Source: Mobula hypostoma (Eukaryota). From it: DNA of 64,000 nt. The notes under the pieces were generated by a model, which was given only the letters and a program-made list of their open reading frames with translations, was not told the DNA's origin and did no database searches. The first letter of the stretch is position 1. The number at the start of each line of letters is the position of its first letter. A program made the position numbers and the translations under genes. Below are positions 26,180 through 37,369 of this stretch, piece after piece. Where the stretch lies: contig NC_086097.1 of the NCBI RefSeq assembly GCF_963921235.1, forward strand, positions 185,320,001-185,384,000, read 5' to 3'.

Positions 26180-26900
26180 ATGCTTCTAAAATAAATTCCT
26201 TCTCCCTGAACCCTGGCTTCCCCTCTACCATAGATAATAGAGCCTTTAACCATATTTCTTCTATTCTTTGCAGATTTGCTCTCATCCCTCTCCTCCTGGG
26301 AACTGGATAGAGCAAGAATAGAGTTCTTCTCATCTTTAACCTTCTACCCCATTAGGTTACACATTGAATGGACCATCCTTTGCAATTTCAAGTAGCTGCA
26401 AAAAGGATTCTTCCAGCAGACACATATCCCTTTCCTCTATCAGCACTTTGAAGGGAACATTCCCATTATGGCTCCCTGCTCCACCATACCAGCCAGCTAC
26501 CGCTCCCTAACCTATGGCAATTTCCCATGTATCTGCGGAAGGTGCAGCACCTGTCTTTTATCCCTTTCATTCCCACCATCCAGACAGTGACCCACTTGCA
26601 TTTCTCCCAATCTAATGCACCATATTTGGTGTTCAGAGTGTGACTCCACTACTCTGGAGAAACCAAACTGGGAGTGAGTGATTACTTTGCAGAACACATG
26701 TGGTTAATCAAAAGCAGTGACCCTTCCAGTTGACTGCTACGCTAATTCCCAATCTCACTCCCACTCTAACTTTGCTGTTCCTTGTTACAACAAGGCCCAG
26801 TGCAACCTTGAGGAACAAAACCTCATCTTGCATCTCAGATGCAAGATTAGAATGCAGCCTTCAGAATAGAAAATCTAATTCTCCAGCTTCAGGTAGCTGT
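26180..26900 (+). mobile_element. Degenerate Penelope-like element (GIY-YIG region)
   Basis: Nucleotide similarity to the PLE at 47281-48370 (TCCTTCTCC..AACCCTGGCTTCCC, GAGGAACAAAACCTCATCTT, TTCTCCAGCTTCAGGTA). Confidence 0.7.
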
Positions 26901-26948
26901 CTCTTTTAGTGCATATGAGAACTGGCCATTTTAGCTAGTCATCGTTTT

Positions 26949-28820
26949 AGACCATAAGACCATAAGACATAGGAGCAGAATTAAGCCATTTGGCCCACTG
27001 AGTTTGCTCCGCCATTCAATCAGGGCTGATCCTTTTTTTCTCCTCCTCAACCCCATTGCCTGGCCTTCCCCCCATAACTTTTGATGCCATGTCCAATCAA
27101 GAACCTACTAATCTCTGCCTTAAATACACCCAACGACTTGGCCTCCACAGCTGCATGTGCCAACAAATTCCACAAATTCACCACCCTCTGGCTAAAGAAA
27201 TTCCTTTGCATCTCTGTTTTGAATGGGCTGCCCTCTATCCTGAGGCTGTGCCCTCTTGTTCTAGACTCTCCCACCATGGGAAACGTCCTTTCCACATCTA
27301 CCCTGTCTTGGCTTTTCAATATTCGAAAGGTTTCAGTGAGATCCACCCCACCCCCCCATCCTTCTAAATTCCAGCAAGTACAGACCCAGAGCCATTCCTA
27401 ATACGATAACCCTTTCATTCCTGGAATCATCCTTGTTAACCTCCTCTGGACCCTCTCCAATGCCAGCGCATCTCTTCTAAGATGAGGAGCCCAAAAATGT
27501 ACATAATATTCAAGGTGAGGCTTCACCAGTGCCTTATGAAGCCACAGCATCGCATCCCTTCTCTTGTATTCTCAACCTTTTGAAATGAATGCTAACATTG
27601 CATTTGCCTTCCTCACCACCGACTCAACCTGCATGTAAACCTTTAGGGTGTTCTGCACAAGGACTCCCAAGTCCCTTTGCATCCCAGATTTTTGGATTTT
27701 CTCCCCATTTAGAAAATAGTCCACACATTTATTTCTACTACCAAAGTGCATGACCACGTATTTTTCAACATTATATTTCATTTGCCAATTTCTTGCCCAT
27801 TCCCTAATCTGTCTAAGTCCTTCTGCATCCTACCTGTTTCCTCAACACTACCTGCCATAAGGAAACCATGCTGACTTTGTCCAATCTTGTCCTCTGTCAC
27901 CAAGTACTCCATCACCTCATCCTTAACAATTAGCTCCAACTAACTGGTCTGTAATTTTCTTTTTGCTGCCTTCCTCCTTTCCTAAAGAGTGGAGTAACAT
28001 TTCTAATTTTCCAGTGCTCTGGCACCATGCCAGAGTCCAATAATTTTTGAAAGATCATTTCTAATGCCATCACAATCTCTAACGCTGCCTCTTTCAGAAC
28101 TCTGGGGTGCAGTTCATCTGGTCCGGGTGACTTATGTACCTTTAGGTCTTCCAGCTTTTTGAGCACCTTCTCTGTGGTAATAGTAACTGCACCCATTTCT
28201 CTTCCTTCACACACTGTGACATCTGACATGCTGCTAGCGTCTTCCACAGTGAAGACTGATGCAAAATACTCATTTAGTTCATCTGCTACCCTCTTGTCCC
28301 CCGTTATTAGTTCTCCTGCCTCATTTTCTAGCAGACTTGTATCCACTCTCATGTCTCTTTTATTTTTTACATACTTGCAAAAGCTTTTATTATCCACTTT
28401 GATACCATTTGCTAGCTTGCTTTCATATTTCATATTTTCCCTTCCAATGATTTTTTTAGTTGCTCTCTCTAGGTTTTGAAAAACTTCTCAATCCTCTCTC
28501 TTCCCGCTAATTTTTGCTTTGTTGTATGCCCTCGCTTTTGTTTTTACATTAACTTTGACTTCCTTTGTCAGCCACGGTTGTACTATTTTGCCATTTGAGT
28601 ATTTCTTCATTTTTGGAATACATATGTGCTGCACCTTCCTCATTTATCCCAGAAATTTACGCCATTACTGTTCTGCTGACATCCCTGCCAGCACCTCCTT
28701 CCAATTTACTTTGGCCAACTCCACTCTCATATCACTGTAATTTCCCTTACTCCTCTGAAGTACTGCGACATCAGACTTTACTATCTCCCTTTCAAATTTC
28801 AAGTTGAACTCAAGCATATT
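26949..28820 (-). mobile_element. CR1/L2-type LINE with internal deletions
   Basis: KSPGPDELHPRVLKE, NVTPLFRKG...NYRPVS and TRGHSLRI; (TCTTATGG)n tail. Confidence 0.92.
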
Positions 28821-29149
28821 TTACCTCAGCTTCTCACTTCTATTTGTGTAGTCTGGCTTGCCGGAGTTTTCTGTTTTTTGTTTTAAATTTACAGCATCTG
28901 CAGCTTTCAATCTTCATTTGAAGGTGATCAGTGGGTTACTGTAATGTCGCACTGTAACTCCTAACAAGGTGTATGCTCCCTATACACGCGCATTACCCCT
29001 TTTCCATGTCTGTTGTCATCACCCTGTGTATGTTTATCTTAGGGCATAAAGTAATAGTGGCCTAAAGCATAGGAAGAGGCTGTTCTCTCCACTGGGTGCA
29101 TCTCTAGCATCATGTAGTCTCTTGGACAAATACTATAATAATCCCGCAA

Positions 29150-29372
29150 CCATTAAATTCTCCCAGATTCTATCACTCTTCAACACCTGAGCAACTTTCT
29201 GTGGCCAATCTGCACACATTGGGTTGTGAGCAGAAACCTGATCACTCAGAAAAAACCTATGTTGTCACAGTGAAAACGTAAAAACTCCACAAAAGTAACA
29301 CTGAGGTCAGGATAGAACCCAGTTTCTGACACTATGAGACGGTGGCCATGCTAGCTGTGCCACCGTACTGCC
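29150..29372 (-). mobile_element. tRNA-derived SINE (HE1/V-SINE-like)
   Basis: Minus strand reads GGGCAGTACGGTGGCACAGCTAG...GGGTTCTATCCTGACC (A- and B-box-like), followed by the SINE core. Confidence 0.75.
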
Positions 29373-29706
29373 CTCTAAGTGTAATTGCGCTAGACATGAA
29401 ATTCAATGGTATCCTGAATGTACACGTGTACCAATAGCTAGCATTAATCACCTCGTATGCACTTCTACTATTACCAACATAAAGAGGAGCAAGAAACTCT
29501 TCATCAGTTCTACTGAGATCGTTAACATTTGTGCTTTACTTAAAGAGACATGCATCAGGAAATTTGACCAAAGCTCCTCAAGTCTGCTTTAAAATCCGCA
29601 GAATGTTGCACAGCTGAGAGTGAGTGCTTCTTCCCGGCTTCATTTCATCTAATTGTATAGTTTCTCTTTTCTATTTGTACACAGAAGTCTGACCTGCTGG
29701 GCATGT

Positions 29707-30528
29707 TCTAGAGCCTTGCCGGTAACAACACATTACACTATGGGAGGTAATGTTACCATGAAAACTAAAGAGATTCAAGGAAAAGCTCCATTACTATTTT
29801 CTCAGGTCAGTTAAATATAAATAAAGAACATATTGCTTTGTTTCTATCCCCTGCTTCATTCTAACAAAAATATATACCTTATACTTACATTAAGCATAAA
29901 TTTTTGCTGCTATTATTTTAACCAAAAGAGGCTTGCAAACACAAATGCAACATTCACCCATCAAAATAAAATAAAATGTCCTCTACATACAAAGCCCTGT
30001 TGAAGTAAATGAAACCAAATTTCATATCAAGGCTACTGAGGTGGCGCAGTTGGCACTGTGTCTGTGTGTAGCCTTCAGCCAAAGCTATTTTACTATTTGT
30101 TACAATGTAGTATGTGATTTTGACTTAGTTTCCTTCTCTAGGGTTGCTGCTTAACCTGCTGAATGTTTTCACATTTACTGCTTTTATTTCAAATTTCTAG
30201 TATCTGCAGGGTTTTGCTCCACTTCAGAATATGCCTGGAATATGCTCTTCCCAGTATGTAAATATACCTTTAATGGGTGACTCTTCACAAGGGTATAAAT
30301 GTGTTTATGCAGTGGTCCATCTTTTTACAAAAGTGCTAAATGCATATGTGGTAAGACATTCAACTTTGGTAATTAGGTGTCATAGAGTAATAGAAAAAGG
30401 AAATGGATCCAATCTACACTGATGTCATTTGATTCTCTCCACATTCCAATAAATTCCCTTAGATTCTGTCACACATCTTCACTAGGACAATTTACAGTGA
30501 CCAATTAACTTGCATACAGGGAGGATGT
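29707..30528. repeat. Local duplication, copy 2 (direct part 29707-30058; inverted part about 30062-30528)
   Basis: 30269-30459 is the reverse complement of 14251-14441 at 185/191, including an exact 89-bp block (30318-30406 = rc of 14304-14392). Confidence 0.92.
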
Positions 30529-30899
30529 CTGTTGGTGAAGAGGTTTTTGATCCAATTTATGCCACAAGACAATACATCTCACATTATACTGTGTGTCAGT
30601 GACAATAATTCTGATTTTATCAGGCAAGTAAACCTCACACAAAGGAAGATAGTTGTGAAAGTTGGAAGTCATTAAGCCCAACGTGAAGACATTGCTACAA
30701 AAGCTCTTCTGGCCAATGTCCAAGCTCAGGCAACTTCAGCTGCTCCAGTCAGACCTTCCACTAATTGAGAAGTGGGATGTTCGCTGCTGATGGTACAATG
30801 ATCAATACCATTGATGTTGCCTCAGAAAATGATGCCACTCGTGCCAGCTTCTCATATCTGGGCCTTTCTCACGCTGCAAAATTCAAGGTCACGCAGTCG

Positions 30900-31238
30900 T
30901 AGAGAACTGGAGCGTGACAGCAGGTCCTTTTGCTCACTGAGTTCACACCAACTCACAGGCACCCTTTTACACTAAAATGACCTTAAACCATTGCATGCTT
31001 CCCACATTATCATCAACGGCCCCAGTCCTTGCACTCCCCTACACTGAGAGCAATTAACAGTGACCAGTTATTGATCAACATATTTGTTTAGTTTGTTGGA
31101 GGGAACCAGAACTCCCAAAATCTGTGCTTTTACATGGAGAATGACAAACTCCACATAGACAGCACCTGAGATCAGCATTGAACGCAGTTCACTGGAACTG
31201 TACCGCAGCAGCTTTACTTGATGTGCCATTTTGCCTTG
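30900..31238 (-). mobile_element. tRNA-derived SINE (HE1/V-SINE-like), degenerate
   Basis: AAACTCCACATAGACAGCACCTGAGATCAGCATTGAAC on the + strand, as in the other SINE copies. Confidence 0.7.
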
Positions 31239-31940
31239 CCTGACTCACGGTTTCCTCACCACCAGTGGCTGCAGTAGATCTGTGCCTGGTCTCTCTGTTT
31301 ACATTTCACTGCTGTATCTGACAAGTCTCCCAGGCTCCCTAACACTACTGGAATGGTTTCATTTCCTTGGATTTCATGGAGGAACAGATGGCATCTCTGG
31401 CACTTGGCATCACATAGTGATTTGCCAGCATTGCTGGGTTTTCTGTAAGCACAATCAGCAACTGATTGTACTCGCATACATATATAGGCTTCCCTTAATA
31501 ATTTGGGACTTTTGTTAACAATAAATATTTCCACCAACTGCTTCTTGGCTTCATTAACTAATAATGAAGAGGTGCCTTATGCTGAATCCCATGTCAGGAA
31601 GCCCATTACCTGAGGGAGACTGCACTATGAGACATTGTAATTAGCCATTATCATTCTAAGGCCACGGAACTATTTTCTCTTCTCCTGATTATTCTGACCA
31701 TTTCACTGTCCAGCTACAGCACCTGAATATAGAAACAACAAGAACACAAGAGGTTAGGTTAGTCGTGGAAAACTCCACAGGACTCCTGAAGATGAGACTG
31801 TATCAATATGAAGACACCTTGTGGTATGTTCAAAAGAGAGGTGGCGGATTCATTGACTGTACATGGTGCACAAACCTGCTAAGAGAGCAGGAGCATCAGT
31901 GGGACCCGGATATCATAGAACATCATGAACAAGAGGAGGC

Positions 31941-32685
31941 TGTTGCAATGAGCGGCTGAGGAAGCAGAGGAAGCTGACCCAACAGCAGGACACAGCACCG
32001 AGACGGGCTTGGATATGACTTGGACTCGGGGCCAGGACTTGGACTGGGAATAGACCTGGACGCAAAGCCTTGACTGGACACGAAGCCTTGACTTGACTGG
32101 ACTCGAAGCCATGACTGGACTGGACTTGAAGCCTTGACTTGAACTGGACACTCAGATCCTTGACCTGGTCTGGACACTCGGAGCCTTGACTTGGTCTGGA
32201 TACTCGGAGCCTACAAAACAAAACATCGACGGACACCACTCGCATCCCGGCTCAGAGCAGTGGCAAAACGGCTGGACCCACTCAGCTGGACATGAGATGA
32301 CAAAAACACGGAGAAGTTCATGACGATGGACCCTTATCCTTAGCGGCTCAGAAGACGGTCCCTTAATCTCGGTGGCTCGGAAGACGGTCCCTTAATCTTG
32401 GCGGCTCGGAAGACTCATCGCCGCCCCGGCTAGGGTGACTAACCAGCCTCTTGACTCAAAGTAGGAACAGCGGATGGCAGGCTCTCGACTCGACTCATTC
32501 TAGGCAGCCTGGAACGAGCATAGCCGCACTAACTGAGGTGACAGACCAGCAGCGAGTAGATGTAAACCGGTACTTTTATGCTGACCCGTTCAAATAAGGA
32601 TCAGATGCCCTAATCAAGGAGCCCAGTGGAACACGGGGCAAAGGAAATTAACTGAAATAAGGAGTCAACGGACCAGACCATGACA
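31941..32685. mobile_element. Solo LTR with internal tandem repeats
   Basis: TGTTG...TGACA termini and a 5-bp TSD-like GAGGC/GAGCC. Degenerate GACTTGGAC array at about 32017-32210. Confidence 0.7.
32325..32412 (+). repeat. 29-bp tandem repeat x3 within the solo LTR
   Basis: GACGGTCCCTTAATCTYGGYGGCTCGGAA three times; the first copy is degenerate. Confidence 0.9.
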
Positions 32686-32770
32686 GAGCCAAAGAAAGAA
32701 GATTCTCAGCATAGTCTTCCCAACACTCTGGTAAGCAAAGGAGTCAAGTACTGGCCACATGTAATGTCAG

Positions 32771-33168
32771 TGTAAACACAAAATCATCTGCAGATGCTGG
32801 GGTCAAAGCAACACTCACAACAAGCTGGAGGAACTCAGCAGGTCGGGCAGCAACCGTGGAAAAGATCGGTCGACGTTTTGGGCCAGAACCCTTCATCAGG
32901 ACTGTAGGGGGAAGGGGCAGAGACCTATAAAGAAAGTGGGGGGAGGGTAGGAAGGAGAAGGCTGCTAGGTTCCAAGCTTTCCCCTTACTGGTTTTTCACC
33001 TGGAACCTACCAGCCTTCTCCTTCCCACCCTTCCCCCACCTTCTTTATAGGGCCTCTGCCCCTTCCCCCTACAGTCCTGACGAAGGGTTCCGGCCCGAAA
33101 CATCGACCAATCTTTTCCACTGATGCTGCCCGACCTGCTGAGTTCCTCCAGCTTGTTGTGAGTGTTGC
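32771..33168. mobile_element. Non-autonomous Penelope-like element: inverted pLTR pair with 37-nt tail
   Basis: Arms 32808-32974 and 33001-33168 are reverse complements with a 26-nt spacer. TSD TGTAAYGTCAG at 32760-32770 and 33169-33179. Confidence 0.9.
33072..33108 (+). ncRNA. Minimal type-I hammerhead ribozyme motif (PLE-associated)
   Basis: CAGTC-CTGACGA-AGGGTTCCGGCCC-GAAA-CATC-GAC: both conserved core boxes, a GGG/CCC stem II and a GTC/GAC stem I. Antisense twin at 32868-32904. Confidence 0.75.
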
Positions 33169-34139
33169 TGTAACGTCAGGGATTCTTTAACAGAACGATC
33201 ATTTGTGAAAGAACCCTGCAAAATAGAATTCTCTGAAGCAAACTACAGCTCCTTCCACATGCCCCTCTTTAGCATCAGAGTATAGCAGCCACAGTCACAA
33301 GAGCCCAGACAACATATGATAATTTCTCAGATTCTCCTTTACAGAGACACCACATGAATAAATATAACCCCAACCATTTACTGAAATGGCTCTTAACCTC
33401 TGTTTTAGTGGTGCCTATTTCATCCTGACATCTCTTGTAAGGACATAGAATTTACTTCTGTATTGCATTAAAGTGTAAGAATTTTTACCTTCTGCCAAAC
33501 TCTCTCTAGTCTAGATTAATCCTAGCAGGTTACCTGCATCAAACCCGGCTCTTTTCATTAAACCTAGGGGATCTATCCCTCTCTTCTATAGCATTCTCCA
33601 TGGTAACCTTAATTTGAGGATTCCTCAATGCCAAAATAATTTTGGATTTAATTAGCCTGATATCTCAGCCCCTCAACGTATCACCTATTCACTGACTATC
33701 ACCCTGGTCAAAATGTTTACCCCCACTTGCTGTGGCTCCAGAGCTGATTAGTCACCATCAATGCTGAGCATCAATTCAGCATTTAGGATCTCAGTTGTCA
33801 CTTAGACTAGCAGAATGCAGGAGTCAGTAGATTAAGCAAAGGTGCCACTTGTCAGGAAATACAGAGAAATTGTTTTAAACAATTGAGATTATAGGATGAA
33901 GGAATACATTCTAATATTTCTTTCAATGTTGATGGACCTGCTCAGCAGGACTGAGGGGATTTTATACATCATTTGAGCTCTTTCAACTAGTTACTAATAT
34001 TAGGTTGTGAAGTGAAATGTGGAGAGTCTGTTTGGATAGTGGTTTATGATTTAATCAGTTACTGACATAACATGGCTCTCTGAGGGAGAACCTTATTACC
34101 TGTCTAGTCAAAGCCTTCCTCTTCCACTCTGTTGGCAGA

Positions 34140-34350
34140 TGAGGATTGAGGTATTCTGTTGGGACTTCTCCTAGTAACGCAGCTCCGCTTTCTCCTACCT
34201 GTGCCTCATGTCCTTCAGCTCTGAGTCTACCTGCTGCTCTTTCTCTGCCACCAGTGCTGCCAACACACTGATCTTTGTGCAGATGAAGTCAACAATAATG
34301 AACTTTCTACAGCAGCTGGGGACATACATCCGGTTGCCCTGGACTGATGC
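34140..34350 (-). mobile_element. Old CR1 ORF1 N-terminal (Cys-rich / coiled-coil) remnant
   Basis: Minus strand resembles ...DFICTK.SVLAALVAE...ELKDMRHR, the pattern at the start of CR1 ORF1. Confidence 0.45.
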
Positions 34351-34915
34351 AGAAGATCTCTTCTTGTCGTTTGGCGCTCAGGAGCTACAGCTGGACTGCA
34401 AGTCAGTGTCAGGAGCCAGTGAAGCAAAGCGTGCTCCTTGTTCTGTACTATCCATCCATCAGGCAGACATTGGTGCTGGGAAATGTCTGGCAATTCTATC
34501 TGCCAGGAGATGAATGCACAATGTGTGCTTCCCAGAAACTCAGCATTCATCATAAGACTACAAGACATATGGTACTAAGCAAAACTCTGAGACTCATATA
34601 TATAACTAGGGTGCCTAAAACTTTTACACAGTACTGTATTTGTCAATGTGGAGTGGAGAGCAAGTTCGTAAATCTGGCAGGAGCAAAAGATGTGAATGGC
34701 AAGGATGGAGCACTGCAGAAGGGGTATAGAACAGGTGGCAAAAGAGGGAGTGCCAAGGGCGGGGGATGATGTGGGTGCAGACACACCCAGCCCTAAGACA
34801 CCAGGCAAGGTCATTTGATTCCAAACAATTGGTTTATTGATCATTAGAGAAAGTCTCTCTGGTGCTTCTTACCCCCTTCCCCTTTTCCCATCCATGATTC
34901 CCCTTCCCACTATCT

Positions 34916-36363
34916 TTTCTTTTTCCAATATTTTTATTATTAATTTTACATATAAGAATAGAGAGTACAAGAAAAAATATATATCAATATATTATACTAA
35001 ATCGCATATAAAGGCTCCTTACCCTATATTCATACAGATTAATTAATTCGTAACATTGAAATATAGTAAACTTTATTATATAAAAAAAACTAACCCGCTA
35101 CCAAGACCAAAGCTGATTAGTAAGGAAAAAAAGGGGAAAAAAAGTGATTAGTCATTATCTGTACTTTAACAGCAAATTATGGTTTTGAAAATAATTCAAA
35201 AAAGGTCCCCACAATGTTTGAAAGTCTTGGTTAGATTCAGAGATTGAACATCGAATCTTCTCTAAATTTAAACAAAACATCACATCACGTAACCATTGGG
35301 CGTGAATAGGAGGGGCCGCATCTTTCCATTTAAGCAAGAGTGTCCTTCTGGCCATAAGAGACATAAAAGCCAAAATGTGCAAGTCAGATGACTCCAAAAT
35401 AATATCCCTTCCTCCAACAATACCAAATAAAGCGGTCAAAGGATTAGGCTTAAAGTTTACTTTGAAAAGTAACGAGAAAGTTTGAAATACTTCTTTCCAA
35501 TATTTTCCAAGACTCGGACATGTCCAAAACATATGAATGAGTGAAGCTTCTCCATTATTACATTTATCACAATACGGGGAGATATCTAAATGAAAACAGA
35601 CAACTTATCCTTGGTCATATGGGCCCTATGTACCAATTTAAATTGTAGGAGAGAGTAGCGGGCACATAACGATGAAGTGTTAACCAATTTAAAAATTTGA
35701 TTTCAAGTTTCCTCAGAAATTGAAGTCTGTAAATCTTGTTCCCAAAGATTTTTAATTTTATCTGAAGGAACGCTTCTCATTCCCAACAGCATATTATAAA
35801 TATTAGATATAGATCCATTATAAAAAGGTTTCGAATTAAAAATTTAGGTAGTTAATATAAGAAATCTTACATTTTGGTTATATTACATTAATCATGAGGA
35901 TTGACCGAAGTGGATTTTTTTTAGAAGCTAACTCTGTCAATAGATTTTCTATTATTTCTCTTCTTAGATCCTCACTTCCTTTGTCTTTGAGTAAGTTAAC
36001 TGATAATCTGGTAGTTAAACACACTATGAGAATTCGGATACAATTCCGAAAATACTTTGGCTTATTGAGATTTTCTCTTTTGAGTCCCATTTTTTCTAAT
36101 TTTTTTAAACCCTCTATGATTGATGTGGCTTTTAAAGAATGGGATAGATTAGGTATTAAGTGCTTTCTGGACTTGTTCATAGGGAGAAGTCTCTTTTCGT
36201 TTCAACAACTGTCAACTAAATGTAGTTTACCCAAAACTCATTTTTTTTCAACACCTACAGATAAGAGATTTTTTACGGTCTCAAATAAGTACATTTCCTA
36301 AAAGTCCTGATAAGAATTTATTAGATGTAATTTTTAATTTGAAACCTTTTTATAATAGATCTA
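34916..36363 (-). mobile_element. 5'-truncated, 5'-inverted (twin-primed) L1
   Basis: Minus-strand 3' piece 34916-35844 (HMFWTCP..YWKEVF, WLRDVM, WGPFL) joined to a plus-strand upstream piece 35845-36363. TSD CCCTTCCCACT(A/C)TCT at 34901-34915 and 36364-36378. Confidence 0.92.
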
Positions 36364-36415
36364 CCCTTCCCACTCTCTGTCCACATGAGACCCATACCAG
36401 AATCAGGTTTATTAT

Positions 36416-37033
36416 TGTACAGGGTTTTTTTGGTATGTTAAATTTAAAATGGCTTCTTTGTTATGTTATACTTGGGAATGCTTCTTTGTTATGTTAAATG
36501 CTGAGAAAGTCTCTAGCTAGACATTTGCTTGGGTTAATACAGATAGCAGGGTGGTATTAGCCAATGGGTATTCATGTTATCGTTTTTCTCGGGTGATAAT
36601 GCTGTCTCATATGACTGGGAACGGAGGTTTTTGGCAGGGAGTTGGAGGAGAGACGGGGAGGACAGCGGACAGGTGAAAGGCTCTGGTCGATCACTGCGGG
36701 TGGTCCCGAGCCGTGAGTCGACAGGATCCGGGTGGTCGTCAGGAATTTATTGAGCTCCAACGGTTGTGCACGAAGAACTTGGACTTTGGTAAGTCTGGCG
36801 CCTTTTTTTTCCATTATTTCCTTTTCTGTATCGAATTTATATTAATTTCATAGACTTAGTAATACCTATAAAGTGTACTTGGTAAAATGTACTGGGTGTG
36901 CTGGCTGATGATTGATGTTAGGGATTGATTCAGACAGCTGTGGTGCAGCAACTGACTCAGCAGGAAGCGTTCGGGCAGGTGTTAGGCGGGATTTCCCCTA
37001 GACATATACGAGCCAATATAACTGAGCATTACA
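36416..37033. mobile_element. Solo LTR (618 bp)
   Basis: TGTA...TACA termini with a 4-bp TSD TTAT (36412-36415, 37034-37037). Removing it restores AGAATCAGGTTTATTATCACT. Confidence 0.9.
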
Positions 37034-37369
37034 TTATCACTCACATATATCATGAATTTCTTTTTGCGGTAGCAGTACAGAGTAATACATAAAATTACTA
37101 TAGTACTGTGCAAAAGTTTTAGGCACGCAAGCTATATATATGTGCCGAAGACTTTTGCACAGTACTGTAGAATTAGATAATTCTGTCCATTGACTCTGCT
37201 CTACACTTCGATCATGGCTGATTTATTATCATCTGGAAAATCGACTGATGACCACAGTCACGTAAACAATGATAGAATGGTTACCTCTCCTGATAATAAC
37301 AATGTGTATGTTATTATGCTGAGGCCGTCTTCACACAACAGCAAATAGTGAAGTTAGGGTAAATGAGTA

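Larger units (their letters stand above)
34570..37167. mobile_element. Tc1/mariner-type non-autonomous element with hairpin TIRs, hosting an L1 and a solo LTR
   Basis: 67-bp self-complementary ends (34570-34636 degenerate; 37101-37167 clear: AGTACTGTGCAAAAG...CTTTTGCACAGTACTG followed by TA). The two spacers are inverted relative to each other. Confidence 0.7.

Noticed and set aside
29266..29290. CACAGTG heptamer suggesting a V(D)J recombination signal
   Set aside because: Lies within a SINE, lacks a correctly spaced ACAAAAACC nonamer, and no V/D/J segment is adjacent.
31879..32245. Overlapping Ser/Gln/Val-rich ORFs in three minus frames
   Set aside because: Produced by the stop-poor GACTT tandem array inside a solo LTR; no protein-family motif.
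32325..32412. 29-bp repeats resembling a CRISPR array
   Set aside because: Head-to-tail with no unique spacers, no cas genes, and a vertebrate TE context.
34208..34769. GC-balanced ORFs (101-140 aa) as a possible host exon
   Set aside because: No recognisable domain; overlaps a decayed CR1 ORF1 remnant and the MITE end.
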